Source: Cetorhinus maximus | Taxonomy: Eukaryota | Assembly: GCF_964194155.1 (NCBI RefSeq) | Contig: NC_135880.1 | Span: forward strand, 131,874,001-131,938,000 | Direction: 5' to 3' | DNA: 64,000 nucleotides | Shown here: positions 13,500 to 27,367 of the stretch, piece after piece | Position numbering within the stretch: the first letter of the stretch is position 1 | How the letters are laid out: each line of letters starts with the position of its first letter | Notes under the pieces: model-generated | What the model was told of the DNA's origin: nothing | Database searches by the model: none | What the model saw: the letters and a program-made list of their open reading frames with translations, nothing else | Made by a program: the position numbers and the translations under genes

Positions 13500-14150
13500 A
13501 ACAGTCCCTCTTATGCTCATGGTGCCAAACTTACATTTGCAAGTGCATCTTGGTGCCCCCCACCCCATCCCCCCATCCTCGCTGGTACTGGCATTGGAGA
13601 CAGTCTGCTGTCCTGTTGGCCTTGATGACCTTGGCGGTTGCCCTCTGGCCCATGGAGCCTGTGCTGGCCCTGCCTGGGAGGGAGAGGCCAGTGCCATGGT
13701 TGGCAACTCCCCTGTCGCTGCAGCCTCATCAGATGTCACGGTCACTGGCAGAGGGGCAGAGGAGCAGCTGCCGTCATCCAGAGCACCCTCAGAGGAGCCC
13801 ACAGAGACGACAAGCAGCTTGTGCGCCAATGTTAGGTCGCTCTGGACCTCCCTGCTAGTCATTGATGGACGGGCATGTAGCTGGGATACAGGGTACCTCA
13901 TCCATCTCTACACTGGCTCTAACCACCTGAGATCAGTAGGCTTTCAGGTCCAAGCGCAACCCTGACTCTGGCAGTCACCTCCTCCGGAAGGACTGCAAGA
14001 CATTCATCCGAAAACTGCAGTTGGGTGGGGGGGGGGGGGGGGGGAGGATGGTTGTGGGGGTAGAGAACGAGTGCCCACCCGACCTGCCCTCTCACCTGGC
14101 ATCTCTAGCCGCACTTGAGGCCATAACATCAGTGTTCACAACGCTGCAAA
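13500..14150 (-). pseudogene. Remnant of the Harbinger Myb/SANT-type partner gene
   Basis: The C-terminal ...RGQPPRSSRPTGQQ...ASTS...APRC..K segment resembles the end of the 31810-33574 gene (RGHLPKSSQTIG...AASTS...APRCSG). Confidence 0.5.
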
Positions 14151-14939
14151 TATGTTCTTCCCTGGCAGCCTTCAAGGAGCTGCCTGTGCCGTTTTTAAAC
14201 CAGCTGCATGTTAGCCATTCTGAAACATTTTGGATTAGTTTTTTTAAGAAATGCACAAGGAGTCAATTGCACTCGCAAATCTGGCCACACCCCAATCAAA
14301 TTAATCAATTAGTTTCTGCTAATTGTGCTCATTTGCAGGTCTTATGAGACTTTAAAAATGAAGCTGCTTTTGGATGCAAGGGCACTAACAGGCACATTCT
14401 AAAAGATTTTGAATTTTTAAAAAATTACTAAGATACTGACTACTATACTCCTATATAATTTGCAAATGGTCCTGCATAGTTTCTCTTTGAAAAAGTCATT
14501 TAGGTTTTCAGGTTACTTACAGGTGGTGGACTGGGAGTAGGTCTATGGAGGCTACATTGGCAGTCCAGTCTAGGCATGCATCCTGGACCCACAAATTCTT
14601 TTAGCAGTTCCCTTTACAAAGTATTCAGAAGGAGGGAACCACAATGTTTAGCTCAGCCTCTCTCATGTGGCAGGGCTTTTAGATGCACCCTAGAGGTATG
14701 AGGGTCCTCCATTTAAATGTTATGTAGGGATCCCCTTCCTGACTCTGGAAAGTCCACCAAGCTCCAGGTGGGGAAAATCCAGGCATGATGCTGGGGTGGC
14801 TGACTAGCAAAATTATGGCCAAATTGAAGGCATGTTACTGAAATGAGCCCTCAGATTGTTATTCATCCCATTCTCACAATAACAAACTCGCAGAAATCTG
14901 ATGAAGTTGCGTCCCTCCAATTGTGGTCTCTTGTGCAAC

Positions 14940-15186
14940 CATATGTTTTGAATTGCTCCACCATTGGTGGTCTCCTTCAGCTACCTAGGCCCAAAAGTTT
15001 GGAAATCCTCCCTAAGCCTCTTCACCTCTACCTCTCTCCTCCTTTAACATGCTCTTAAAACCTACCTCTTTGACTGTCTTCTGTCCCAACATGTCCTTAC
15101 ATGGGTCAGTGTCAAATGCTGTTTGATATTGCTCCTGTGAAGCACTGTGTGTTTACTACATTAAAGATGCTACAAAAATGCAAGTC
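14940..15186 (+). mobile_element. L2-like LINE 3' fragment
   Basis: ccttcagctacctaggccc...ttaaaacctacctctttgac...gctcctgtgaagc...aaatgcaagt. Confidence 0.55.
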
Positions 15187-15844
15187 CCTGCATCCAGTGT
15201 ATCTGACATTTTCACAAATTAGTGCCATCTTAAAATAAAAATCAATGACATGTAAATTAGATGGATTCTACAACGGGCGGATGATCCATTTTGTCAGGCA
15301 CTGAAGTCTAAAGATATGTGCAAGAATTTATCACTAACAGTGTGTTCAAGAAGTACTAGAAAACAGATCAGGAACTGGATTTGCAAGGTCATAGACTGGC
15401 AGAGATTTCTACTGTAGGAGTACCTGTACCTGGCCTAAGGACAGGATTGGTAACCAGTCTGCCCAGTGTAGGGTACACAAGGGTCCCATCTAATGGTCCA
15501 GGCTGGGACGTAGCCCCAAAAGGCTTAAGGTGTGAAACATTCTTTTAAGTTAAAGCTGCTGTGGGGATCCACTTTCTTTTTCCCCAGTGGGGACAGGGGT
15601 GGAGGGAGGGCAGGGAACAACGCCCTCTCCTTCCTCCCTAACCCAATCACTAACACAGGTTGGCACAGTACGGTCCATTTTGCAACCTCTGAGGGAAAGC
15701 AGGAAATCAAGGTGTTCCTTTAAGGTGTAAACACACGCTATTAGAATGAAAATTATGGAACTCCATTTCTGGCATTGGGAAGTCTACTAGGATTTATGGT
15801 GGAGGCTCCTGACAGGAGTCAAGTGGCTGCACAGCTCTGCGTAC

Positions 15845-16230
15845 AAAGGAAGAGTTTGCATTTATATATTACCTTTCATGACCTCAGGACATCCCAAAGG
15901 ACTACACAGCCAATGGCGTACTTTGTGAAGCATAGTTCATTGTTGAGAGTTCGGAAACATGGCAGCCAATTTTCAGATACCATGGTCCCACAAACAGCAA
16001 AGAGATAATGACAAGATTTCCTTTACTGGTGCTGATGGATAATTATTAATCAGAACAACAGGGAAAACTCTATTGCTTCTTCAAAATTTTGTCACAGGAT
16101 TCTTTGCATCCACCTGAGGGGACAGATAGGCTCCCAGCTTAAGGTCTCCCTGAAATGAATGATGGCACATTTGACAGGGCAGCCCTCCCTCTGTACTTCA
16201 TTGGAGTGTCAGCCAACATTTAGTGCTCAA
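15845..16230 (-). mobile_element. Deu-domain-type SINE, cut by a MITE at 16231
   Basis: Reverse-complement homologue of 10320-10718. Confidence 0.65.
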
Positions 16231-16824
16231 GGCCTGAAATTTTCCCTGGTCAGGCACGCGCAATCGGCAGGCCCAGGAACGGTCAGGAAACGGGCCCCCG
16301 ACTGCAATTTCAACCCACTAGCGTGAAATGTGCGCCAAAAAGCTCAGAGCTACTGGGATGGGGGCAGGAAGAGGTGGTGGGGCATCGACATCATTGAGAG
16401 TGTGGGTAAGCACTTCGAGGGAGCTCCCTGAAGGCAGACAGGTGCCTCAGGGAGCTACAGACCTCCAAATAATAAAATAAAGCCCAAAAAAAGCTGAGAA
16501 AAAATATCCATGCAGCACAATCAAGCACCTCAAAGCATACCTCATAAAAATGCCGTCCCCAGATATTCCTTTTTATTTTGTTTCCTAACGGAGATTTTAA
16601 TCACGTCCTTGGATGAGGGTTCATCAAAAACGTAAAGGTCGCCTGGCCAATTCGCCCATCCGCCAACTGTAAAGTTGGACAGGCCACGATAAATCACTGA
16701 CAATTGCGCCATTAATGGGTTTAATTGCCCGCTTAGTTGTCGGCAGGCGCGCTACCAATACGAGTGCATTTTACACCCGTTCGGGTCAGGCACACACCCG
16801 CCTGTGGAACATAAAATTGTGCCC
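16231..16824. mobile_element. Harbinger-type MITE with CAA TSD
   Basis: CAA|ggcctgaaatttt ... aaaattgtgccc|CAA. Confidence 0.8.
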
Positions 16825-16965
16825 CAAGACTCGGGAACACAGGATAAATTTTCGCAGTGCCCTGGGGTGAGCTCAGATGCAATACAGTACATTGTTATGG
16901 CAATTTTTGTGAGCAATTATCAACAAGTGGGAAAAGTAGAAACACTAACCATCAAAAAAGACCAG

Positions 16966-17551
16966 GGGCAGAATTTTGACCTTGTCAGGCAGGCCCGGGA
17001 GCAGTCGTGAAGCCAACCGCCGCCTGTGATTGGGCCTTGACATGGATTTCATGCATGCTGGCCAATTAACAACCAGCGTAAAATGTGCGTTGCACCGCTC
17101 AGCGCTGTCGGGGTGAGGGCAGGAGGAGCGCGTGCGCTGATGTTTGCACATGCGTGCGGGTGCGTGCATTAAAAGCTCCCTGAGGGACAGGGCTGCCTCA
17201 GGGAGCCGAAGATTTTAAACAATAAAAGTAAAGGTATGAAAAATAATGAAAATATGTCCCCTCGTGTGACTTTCACATGAGCAGGGACATGTTAAATAGG
17301 AGTGTTAAAAGTATTAAACTTTTTTTTAAAATCACTGGTCGAAACCTCATCCTGCTTGGCCTTTTCGCCAGCCCTCCGACTGAACAGTTAGGCAGGCAGC
17401 AAAAAAATTCGAGTCAATTAATTGATTAAGGGCCTCCCACGCACGTCCACCAACCGAAGTATCGTGCGAGTGCTCGCCCGACATCATTGCGCGTCATTTT
17501 ATGCTTGTTCAGGTCGGCACATGCCTGCCCAACATGAGAAAAATTCTGCCC
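16966..17551. mobile_element. Harbinger-type MITE
   Basis: cag|gggcagaatttt ... aaaattctgccc|ctg. 12-bp perfect TIR; an inverted homologue of 35932-36583. Confidence 0.85.
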
Positions 17552-17747
17552 CTGGAACTTTGTATGGTTAAACAATGGCTATCAAGGCAAAAAGGTGACA
17601 TTGCCGCCAAAATACGTTTGATAAAAAATAACTTTACGTCTTAATAACTTTTAAGTTTAAAACCTTGGGATGTTTTACTATGTGAGAGACGCCATATAAA
17701 TTCAAGTTACGTTGTTGCTACTAACTTACAAAAATTAGTGACTCCCT

Positions 17748-18421
17748 GGGCTGGATTTTACTGGTCCTCTGGATACGGGCTGGGAGGTGGGAAGGCTGGT
17801 AAAATGGCAGCAGAAGGTACAGTGAGGGGAGCCTGAAATATTACCACCGGTGGGAACTCCAGCGTTGCAGCCCCCTCACCAATTGTGCCAATTAAGTGAC
17901 CAATTAAGGGCCACTTTCTGCTTCTGCCAGCACTCTTCCTGTGCCAGGAGGGGCCATCACCAGGTGGAGACACAGCCTGGTAAACCCTGGCGATCTCCCA
18001 GCAGGTTCTTGGATGAGGAGGGGCGGCCTTCCTTTATGGCTGTTACATCACCACGGAAGACTCAACCCCCGCCACTTCCCCACCACTAGAACATGGAGAC
18101 ACCATCCCCACCCAAACCCCAGGGCCTGCCTTCTTGGCTCCGGCACTGAAAGAGAAAAACAAAATCTTGTTCACAAGGGTGCCTCAGCATGGTGCTTCCT
18201 TCTTCCTGCAGCCTCAGCAGTGGCCAGCTCTAACAATGGCACTGCAAAGACTGCAGTGCTGTTGCTCCTCCGATTGGGCTGGCAGCTTTGGGATCCAGGC
18301 TGCATTTTTGATTGGCCACAGCCAGGTGGGTAGGATCCGGGTGCCTATCTGTCGCATGGGGTTGGTTCCTGCTCACGGTCCTGATCTAGGGACCACTTAC
18401 TTGGTGAGAAACGTCCAGCCC
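17748..18421. mobile_element. Harbinger-type non-autonomous element (second family)
   Basis: gggctggatttt ... acgtccagccc ends. Internally similar to 48979-49778 (ttcttcctgcagcctc.gcag). Confidence 0.65.
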
Positions 18422-19896
18422 TTATACTGAATTTAGCAGAAAAGATTTAAAACAAACACAGTGACTAACTTAAACAAATAACGATCAGCTCATATGAGTC
18501 ATAGGATTGCTGAGGTAATCCACCACGAGTCATGTGTTGTGCACCTGAGCTGTTCCCAGGTTGATGTGTTCTCCAATTAGGTGTATATTGTGAATGACTG
18601 TGAGCGCAGTCAACCGCGGCATTATATTCTGGCGGCACAGGATGCATTCGAGACATGATGCAATCCTGATCAGGGAACTTCAAAACAAGCTTCTGATACT
18701 GCAGTCTTCAGAGGGTCAGACTGAAGCTAACATTGCAGCAGCATAATTTAAAAACAGGAGCAGTCTGGGCAGCACAGCCTCATGGGACTACGTACAACAA
18801 GTTGTGCTATGGAACAGGTGGGTGCTGAGTGAAGCCTCTGCTTCCAACTCAGTCCCCAGCTCAGTCGTGCGATTAACACCAGCTCCAAACTTGAGGCCAG
18901 GTGGGACAGAAGGTGACAAGAAGCGATTCCCCTTTATTTTGGCAGCATCATTCACAGGTCATGACTTTTACAGGGGCCGTTTGAACTCCGTGGCTACAAG
19001 ATTTGGCTCTGCATTCAGAACAAGGCCAAACAGGTTGATTATCAACCAGCAAATCCTTCCAACATACCAACGGTAGCTGCTAGGAGTGGGAGAGCCTCCT
19101 GGTCTGTCATGCTTGATGCAGAGTGCACATCTCCAACTACATCTGGCCACTGGTTTCAAGGCTGACGACATACTCCAGGAAAAACGAGCCACAGAAACAG
19201 ACATAAAAATGGCCTTCATCTGCCTCACACATCACTAGAAATGGGAAGCATAAGAAAATGATTCGGCTCTGTACCACCCCTATTTCCAATGCTATGGGTG
19301 CTGTTTCACATGCAAAATGGCGTCTGCCCACACACAAGTCTGGTGCAGGCCATATTGGCCACTATTTTGGGTGGCTCAGAATGCTGGTGCTAGGACCATG
19401 CATCAGGGGTATATAGTGCAGGCATACAGTGACATCAGTCAGCATCTAATGCTGATATGACTCTATCGGTGCCATTTTCAACTGCAACATTCCAGCTGGT
19501 GCCCTCTCTAAACCTCACTCAGCTGAACATTTGTTCAGCAGCAGGAAGGACCCATACCAGTGCTATTTACAGGAACCACCAACCACTTACTAGTTAGTCA
19601 CTGACTGATTTCTATTGGGTCTTGCCAAGTTAGTAGAAGTGTAGTTTGTACTGCTAGCTAAAATTGCTGAAGTCTACAGGGAGTGGTGTGGCATGTGGTG
19701 AATGTCTTGGTTCTGATCTCAAGGGTTCAGCTCAGATCACTTGTTCCCAGTCACGAGTGCTGTAGTTTCTATGATCTCTTGGCCAGCAGTATGATCGTGA
19801 GAATGAGCAGAGACAACACGGAGAAGGACAAGCTGCTCAACAGGGAGCAGGAGAACTATCAGCGGGAGGCCTTATCCACCCAGAATCTTCAGGGTG

Positions 19897-20624
19897 TGTT
19901 ATGACTGATGCAGTTGGTAAAGCTGAGTTATTTAAAAATCCCAGAGGGAAACTTTAAACAACTGTAATCTGTAATATTAAGTATTATGTTTGAGATGCAA
20001 CTCTACATTCAGGAATCAGGCCACCAGTTCGAGGTTTTACATTAAACTAAATGAAACATTTTATTAATTTACACAGGTTAAAATATATATACACATGGCT
20101 AAAACTACTACTATCGTAAGTTTTAACAAATTCCCAAACTAATCTCCATTAAGGCAACAGTAACGCAGGCTTAACCAGACACCAGGCAAAGCATTTTCAC
20201 CTTACAAATTCAAAATGAGGTTCTTTTTACTTTGGTTCCTGTGGAGACAGTTGGAGGCTCACAGCTTATATTGCCTCTGCCCTGCACACACAACACTGAA
20301 GTTATACCTAGCACCGCTCATTGAATGTAAATTCTCATTGTATCATCAACCTCTGAACTAAACCTCTATAATAAAACCCCTTTCATAGTACCAATTTTAT
20401 TAGTAATATAAACATATGGCTTGGTAGCTGCTAGATAGGTGTCAGTTTTCACCCCACTTCTTGAATGTTGTATTCAAAAAATGCAAATATACTATCTCTC
20501 TTACATATCAAAACTAGTACACAAAACACCCAGACTAGCTGGCTTTAATCCAATTAAGACACACCCCAGACTAAAAAAGAAAAATATTTTGCAATAACAT
20601 TATATACATTAATAGCTTCAGACA
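19897..20624. mobile_element. Solo LTR with 5-bp TSD
   Basis: GGGTG|TGTTATGA ... TCAGACA|GGGTG. TG..CA ends, and removal restores the HARBI1 frame. Confidence 0.85.
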
Positions 20625-20876
20625 GGGTGCAATTCTCCTACCTGAACCTTAACAGGGAACAGTGCCTCTCAATGTCTAGCTGGTGTGCGGCCATGCTCAG
20701 TGCATCATGCAGGTCAATGCCCGCTATCCTGGCAACAGTCATGATACCTTTACTTGGAACCAGTCCGCTTTACCAGCAGCAATTGAACCACCATGCGAGA
20801 TCACAGGATGGCTACTGAGTGACTGCAGCTATCCACTGACCACCTAGCTCATGACTTTGTTGCACAACCCACGCAC

Positions 20877-23800
20877 TTTTAAAAAAATTAATTCACAGGA
20901 TATGGGCTTCGCTGGCTGGGCCAGTATTTATTGCCCATTCCTAGTTGCCCTTGAGAAGGTGGTGGTGAGCTGCCTTCTTGAACGGCTACAGTCCATGCGG
21001 TGTAGGTACACCCACAGTGCTGTTAGGAAGGGAGTTCCAGGATTTTAACCCAGCGACAGTGAAGGTACGGCGATATATTCCCAAGTCAGGATGGTGAGTG
21101 ACTTGGAGGGGAACTTCCAGGTCGTGGTGTTTCCACCTATCTGCTGCCCTTGTCCTTCTAGATGGTAGCGGTCATGGGTTTTGAAGGTGCTGTCTAAGGA
21201 GCCTTGGTGAATTACTGCAGTGCATCTTGTAAATGGTACACACTGCTGCTACTGTGTATCGGTGATGGAGGGAGTGAATGTTTGTGGATGTGGTGCCAAT
21301 CAAGCAGGCTGCTTTGTCCTGGACGGTGTCAAGCTTTTTGGCAGTTGCACTCATCCAGGCAAGTGGAGGGTATTGCATCACACTCCTGACTTGTGCCTTG
21401 TAGATGGTGCACAGGCTTTGGGGAGTCAGGAGGTGAGCTACTTGTCACAGGATTCCTAGCCTCTGACCTGCTCTTGAGCCACAGCATTTATATAGCTAGT
21501 TCAGTTTCTGGTCAATGGTAACCCCTAGGATATTGACAGTGGGGACTCAGTGATGGTAATGCCATTGAATATCAAGGGGCAACTGTTAGATTCTCTGTTG
21601 TTGGAAATGGCGATTGCCTGGAACTTGTGTGGCATGAACGTTACTTGCCACTTGTCAGCTCAAGCCTGGATATTGTCCGGGTCTTGCTGCATTTGTACAT
21701 GGACTGCTTCAGTATCTGAGGAGTCGCAAATGGTGCTGAACATTGTGCAATCATCAGCGAACATCCCCACTTCTGACCTTATGGAAGGAAGGCCATTGAT
21801 GAAGCAGCTGAAGATGAGGACCTACCCTGAGGAACTCCTGCAGTGATGTCCTGGAGCAGAGATGACTGACCTCCAACAACCACAACCATCTTCCTTTGTG
21901 CTAGGTATGACTCCAACCAGTGGAGAGTTTTCCCTCCCCCGATTCCCACTGATTCTAGTTTTGCTAGGGCTCCTTGATGCCACACTCGGTCAAATGCAGC
22001 CTTGATGTCAAGGGCAGTCACTCTCACTTCACCTCAGGATTTCAGCTCTTTTGTCCATGTTTGAACTAAGGCTGTAATGAGGTCAGGAGCTGAATGGCCC
22101 TGGCTGAACCCAAACTGGACATCAGTGTGCAGGTTATTGCAAAGCAAGCGCCGCTTGGTAGCATTTTTGATGACCCCTTCCATTACTTTACTGATGATCG
22201 AGAGTAGACTGATGAGGCGATAATTGGCTGGGTTGGATTTGTCCTGCTTTCTATATACAGGACATACCTGGGCAATTTTCCACATAGCCGGATAGATGCC
22301 AGTGTTGTAGCTGTACTGGAACAGCTTGGCTAGAGGCGTGGCAGGTTCTGGAGCTCAGTGCTATTGCCGGAATGTTGTCAGGCCTCATAGCCTTTGCACT
22401 ATCCAGTGCCTTCAGCCGTCTCTTGGCATTACGTGGAGTGAATTGAATTGGCTGAAGACTGGCATCTGTGATGCTGGTGACCTCCGGAGGAGGTGGAGAT
22501 GGATCATTCACTAGGCACTTCTGGCTGAAGATTGTTGCGAATGCTTCAGCCTTATATTTTGCACTGATGTGCTGGGCTCCCCCATCATTGAGGATGGGGA
22601 TATTTATGGAGCCTCCTCCTCCAGCGAGTTGTTTAATTGTCCACCACCATTCATGACTGGATGTGGCAGGACTGCAGAGCTTAGATCTGATCCTTTGGTT
22701 GTGGGATTGCTTAGCGCTGTCTATCACTTACTGCTTATGCTATTTGGCACGAAGTAATCCTATGTTACAGCTTTACCAAGTTGACATCTCATTTATAGGT
22801 ATGCCTGGTGCTGCTTCTAGCATGCCCTCCTGCACTCTTCACTGAACCAGGGTTGATCCCCTAGCTTGATGGTAGTGGTAGAGTGGAGGATGTGCCGGAC
22901 CATGAGGTTACAGATTGTGTTCGAGTACAATTCTGCTGCTGCTGATGGCCCACAGTGGCTCATGGATGCCCAGTCTAGAGTTGCTAGATCTGTTCGAAAT
23001 CTATCCCATTTAGCACTGTGGTAGTGCCACACAACACGATGGAAGGTATCCTCAATGTGAAGGTGGCACTTCGTCTCCACAAATACTGTGTGGCGGTCAC
23101 TTCTACCAATACTGTCATGGACAGAAGCATCTGCGGCAAGCAGGTTGGTGAGGATGAGGTCAAGTATGTTATTCCCTCGTTGGTTCCCTCACCACCTGCC
23201 GCAGAAGTAGTTTAGCAGCTATGGCCTTTAGGACTCAGCCAGCTTGGACAGTAGTAGTGCTACCGAGCCACCCAGAGTACATTCTGCCATCTTATCACCC
23301 TTAGTGCTTTCTCCATTTGATGTTCAACATGGAGGAGCATTGATTCATCAGCTGAGGGAGGGCGGTATGTGGTAATCACGGAGGTTTACTTGTTCAAGTT
23401 TGACCTGATGCCATGGGACCTCATGGGGTCTGGAGTCGATGTTGAGGGCTCCCAGAGCAACTCCCTCCCAACTGTATACCGCTGTGCCGCCATCTCTACT
23501 GGGCCTGTCCTGCCTGTGGGACTGGACATACCCAGGGATGGTGATGGTGGTGTCTGGGACCTTATCTATAAGGTACGATTCCGTGAGGATGACTATGCTT
23601 GACTAGTCTGCGAGACAGCTCACCCAATTTTGGCACTAGGCCCCAGATGTTAGTAAGGAGGATTTTGCAGGGTGAACAATGCTGAGATTGCAGTTGTCGT
23701 TTCCGGTGCCCAGGTCGATGCCGGGTGATCCATCCGGTTTCATTCCCTTTTTTTGAGGCTTTGTAGTGGTTTGTTACAACTGAATGGCTTGCTAGGCCAT

Positions 23801-24051
23801 TTCAGAGGGTATTTAGGCGTAAACCACATTGCTGCGAGTCTGGATTCACATGTAGGCCAGACCAGGTAAAGGCGGCAGATGGGTTTTTCCAACAATCGAC
23901 AATGGTTTCACGGTCATCATTAGACTTTTAATTCCAGATTTCTACTGAATTCAAATTCCCCCATCTGCCATGGCAGGATTCGAACCCAGAGCATTTCCCT
24001 GGGTCTCTGGATTACTAGTTTAGTAACAATATCACTACACCATCACCTCCT
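20877..24051 (-). mobile_element. Near full-length decayed LINE (APE + RT, CR1/L2 group) with tRNA-like 5' head
   Basis: WKIAQVCPV..KQDKSNPANYRLISLLS, QFGF, ALDIKAAFDRVWH, AGVPQG. 3' tail gggcaataaatactggcc. Its 5' ~250 nt match the SINE at 38794. Confidence 0.9.
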
Positions 24052-26479
24052 CTGTAGGCAGCATGCCTATAATGACAGCCATGGTGCCACATGCAACATC
24101 ATCAAGCAGAACATTGGACTGTTTAAGGAATGATTCCCCTGCCTGGACTGGTCTGGACGAGCTCTGCAGTACTCTCCAGAACACGAGTCATGATTCATTA
24201 TGGTAAGCTGCATCCTGCACAACTTGGTGATCATGAGGACATAGCCCTGCCACCAGGTATATAGTGAACAACTGAAGAGGCAGAAGAGGGGATATGGAGG
24301 AAAGGAGGCTATCCGTGATCGACTCATTCGATGACAGTAACACAACCCCAAATCCTCATTCGACAACAGTCTCACACTTTACCATCCCTCTCTTACGGGT
24401 CATCATAGAATAAGAAAAACAAAATATTTATGGCGCAGAAGGAGGTCATTTGGCCAAACATATCTGTTTCAGCTGAAAAAGAGCTATTCCCGCCCATTCC
24501 CACTTTCCAGCTCTGCAGGTTATAGAATTTCAAATTAATTTAAATGAAATATTAATCTACAAACCCTGCTATTTGATCTCTTTGCTAAAGGAAATACGTG
24601 CTTCTTATCCACTATCTATGCCCCTCAATTAAATCCCCCCTCAGCCTTCCTCTGTTTCAAAGAAAACAACCCCAGCCTATCCAGTTTTTCCTTATAGCTA
24701 AAATTCTCCATTCTTGATCACATGCTGACAGGATGTGTCATATTTTCATTCTTGCACTGGAAGCAGTTCAGAAAAGGTTCACTAGGCTGATTCCTGGGAT
24801 GAGGGGTTTGTCTCATGAGCAAAGGTTTTGCAGGTTGGGCCTATCGCAGATGCAAACCTCAGGAGCCTGCTGCAACATAATCTGACCGGCTGCTGCCGAG
24901 TCAGTCAAAGGAAGCCATTTCCACAGCTCTTTTGCTAAAGTTACGGTCGTCAAATCTGATCCTCATCTCCCCACTCTCACCCTCACCCCACACCAAGGAA
25001 ACTCCCAGTGAACGCTCTGTTCCCCACCACTAACAATTCTTTCTCAAAAAGCATAAAATAACAAGTTAGATGAGTTTAACTGTTCAGTTAACTACTGAAT
25101 TTAATCAGTGAATCCCAGTCTCTCCTATCTATAACCTTAACAGTGATGCAAGATGTTACATAATTATTTCAAGCTGAATGTGATTACAGCACTGATCAAC
25201 AGTCTTGAGATTCATGCCGTTTAATGGCAGTGAACAATGCAGCAAGATCGATAGGTCTAATAATTTCTGTTATTTTTGCAATTTTTTCAAAAGAAATTAT
25301 AGTTTCCAATTATCACTGGAGTAAAGCCATCAAAATTCATGATATGGGTCTCATCCTCATTGTGAATTGGCCAAAATTCAAATGTAGGGTTCATCTCAGG
25401 AAGTCAGCCAACTACATTCATCTCCAAGCAACAATCTGTAACCGGACGTCACAATCTTACAGCATTTCAGCTGAGAGAGGGAGTAATAGCTAAAGTTAAA
25501 GTGAACGAAATACTCTAATGTATACAACATATTTGTACGTAATATGACCTTCCACATACCATGACATGCAAACATCCTGATGACAGTCAAATCCTTAAAA
25601 CTCCTTCCTAACAGCTTAGAAATAAATGATCGCAAAGCAAAAGCCAGCTTGGCAAAAGAGTTATGTTGTGTTTTGATATTACAATAAGCAAAGATACACA
25701 ATTATTCCTGTAATTGTAAATATGAGAAAGTTACTGGTTTGTGATAAATCTACAACAAAAGTCACCACATTCTCAAGGATAATTAGGGGTGGGCATTAAA
25801 GCTTGCCAGTGACGCCCACGTCCCATGAACAATTAAAAAACAATGTTCAAACTGGTACATTTCTCCCTTTACTATATGCTCTACTTCCAAAGCCAGTAAT
25901 ATTCCCTTTAGCAACATAGCTTAGCTCCTTAACAATGTCCCCTTCTGATAATCAGTGCTCTGCTAATATCATTTTGATGCGATCACAAACCAGGATTCAA
26001 TTTTTTTGTTCAAAATTACAGACAATTGGCATTAATCTTTTTTTTCCTCAATACAGGAAACAATGCCAAGCAGGACCGGTAAAGTCAGAGCTAGAATGTT
26101 TCTCATTGAATTTAAAAAATGCGTTTGTGCCTTTTCACTGCACTTTTTGCTCTTTTACTGCAGCTGAACAAAAGCAACAGTGAAAGGAATGCACAAAGCC
26201 ACTGATCAGGAAATGAGTCACTTTGCAATGGACCTGAAATCTGGGTCCAGTAAGTACAACGACCAGAGATAAATAAAATGCTGTCTGTGAAGGCTAAAGA
26301 GAATTGCAGTGCAGGTGTAACACACTAACCATGCTGCATGAAGATGAGTAAGTAAAAATGCAAAGCTCTTGTAAATCTAAAAAAACATCTAAAGCCCCAG
26401 TTCTAAAAATAATCCAAATGCTTAATTCTTGAACCAACACAGAAATACATTTTTGGCTGGATCTTAACTCAGGACAGTT

Positions 26480-26810
26480 GGAGAGAAATTATTTCCTCTG
26501 GTGTGACAGTTCACAATAAGAGGACATAACCTTAAAATATGAGAGCCAGACTGTTCAGCAGTGATGTCAGGAAGTATTTCTTCACACAAAGGGTCTTGGA
26601 AATCTGGAATTCTCCCCATCAAAAAAACTGTTGAGACTGGGTCAATTGCAAATTTCAAATCTGAGATTGTTAGATTTTGGTTAGGCAAGGGTGTTAGAGG
26701 ATACAGAACTCAGGCAGGTAGATGGAGTTCAGATACAGATCAGCCATGAACTGACTGAATGTTGGAACAGACTTGTGAGGCTGAATGGCCTCCTATTTTC
26801 CTTCCCATGT
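26480..26810 (+). mobile_element. CR1 3' fragment
   Basis: ttcttcacacaaagg...tctggaattctct...gatcagccatga...ggctgaatggcctcct tail. Confidence 0.7.
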
Positions 26811-27367
26811 ATTTTGTATTTTTTTAATATTGTGTTATTTCTGGAGATGATGACATAAATCTTTCAATGGATAGTAATCACCGTTGGATTGCCACTCCAC
26901 ACCTACCTTCCTCCCAATGCCAGAGCTCCATATTTGTGGTTGGGACATCCAGTTCTGGTTTCTCCTGAAATGCGGCGCATAGCTGAAATGGAGCTGCTTC
27001 TCCGTAGCACTAGATCGTCAGGGGAAGACGAGCCACGCCACCTTCTTACAATGTTAGTTGCCATATTCTGCTAAGTAAGGATGTTGAATGTCCCAAAGTT
27101 TCTTTGAAAAGCTAGAGAGAGAAGGTAAGGGGGTATGGTAGTTAAGGGTGGGTAAGGTAAGTAGTTATGGGGGTAGAAAGGCACGTGGATAGAGTATTAG
27201 GTGAGCGAGATGGTAGGGAGGCATGTGGGCGGGGTGTTATGTGGGTGAGCAGTAGGGAGACATGTGGATAGTGTGTTAGGTGAGTGCAACTCTAGCGATA
27301 TCTCTTCCTTGCTACAAATTGCTGAGCTATTTAACATTAATAGGGCTGTGAACATTAAACTCATATC

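Larger units (their letters stand above)
11468..14350 (+). mobile_element. Decayed PIF/Harbinger transposon, convergent two-gene layout
   Basis: Left TIR gggcagaacttt at 11468. HARBI1-like gene on the plus strand, and a remnant of the partner gene on the minus strand at ~13500-14150. Right end not resolved. Confidence 0.8.
19240..24345 (+). mobile_element. Old Harbinger element whose HARBI1-like gene is split by a solo LTR and a LINE
   Basis: With the insertions removed it reads RPYPPRIFRV|QFSYLNLNREQC ... VNARYPGNSHD ... GWLLSD..YPL ... LHNP|..QHAYNDSHGATCNIIKQNIGLFK...CILHNL. Confidence 0.75.
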
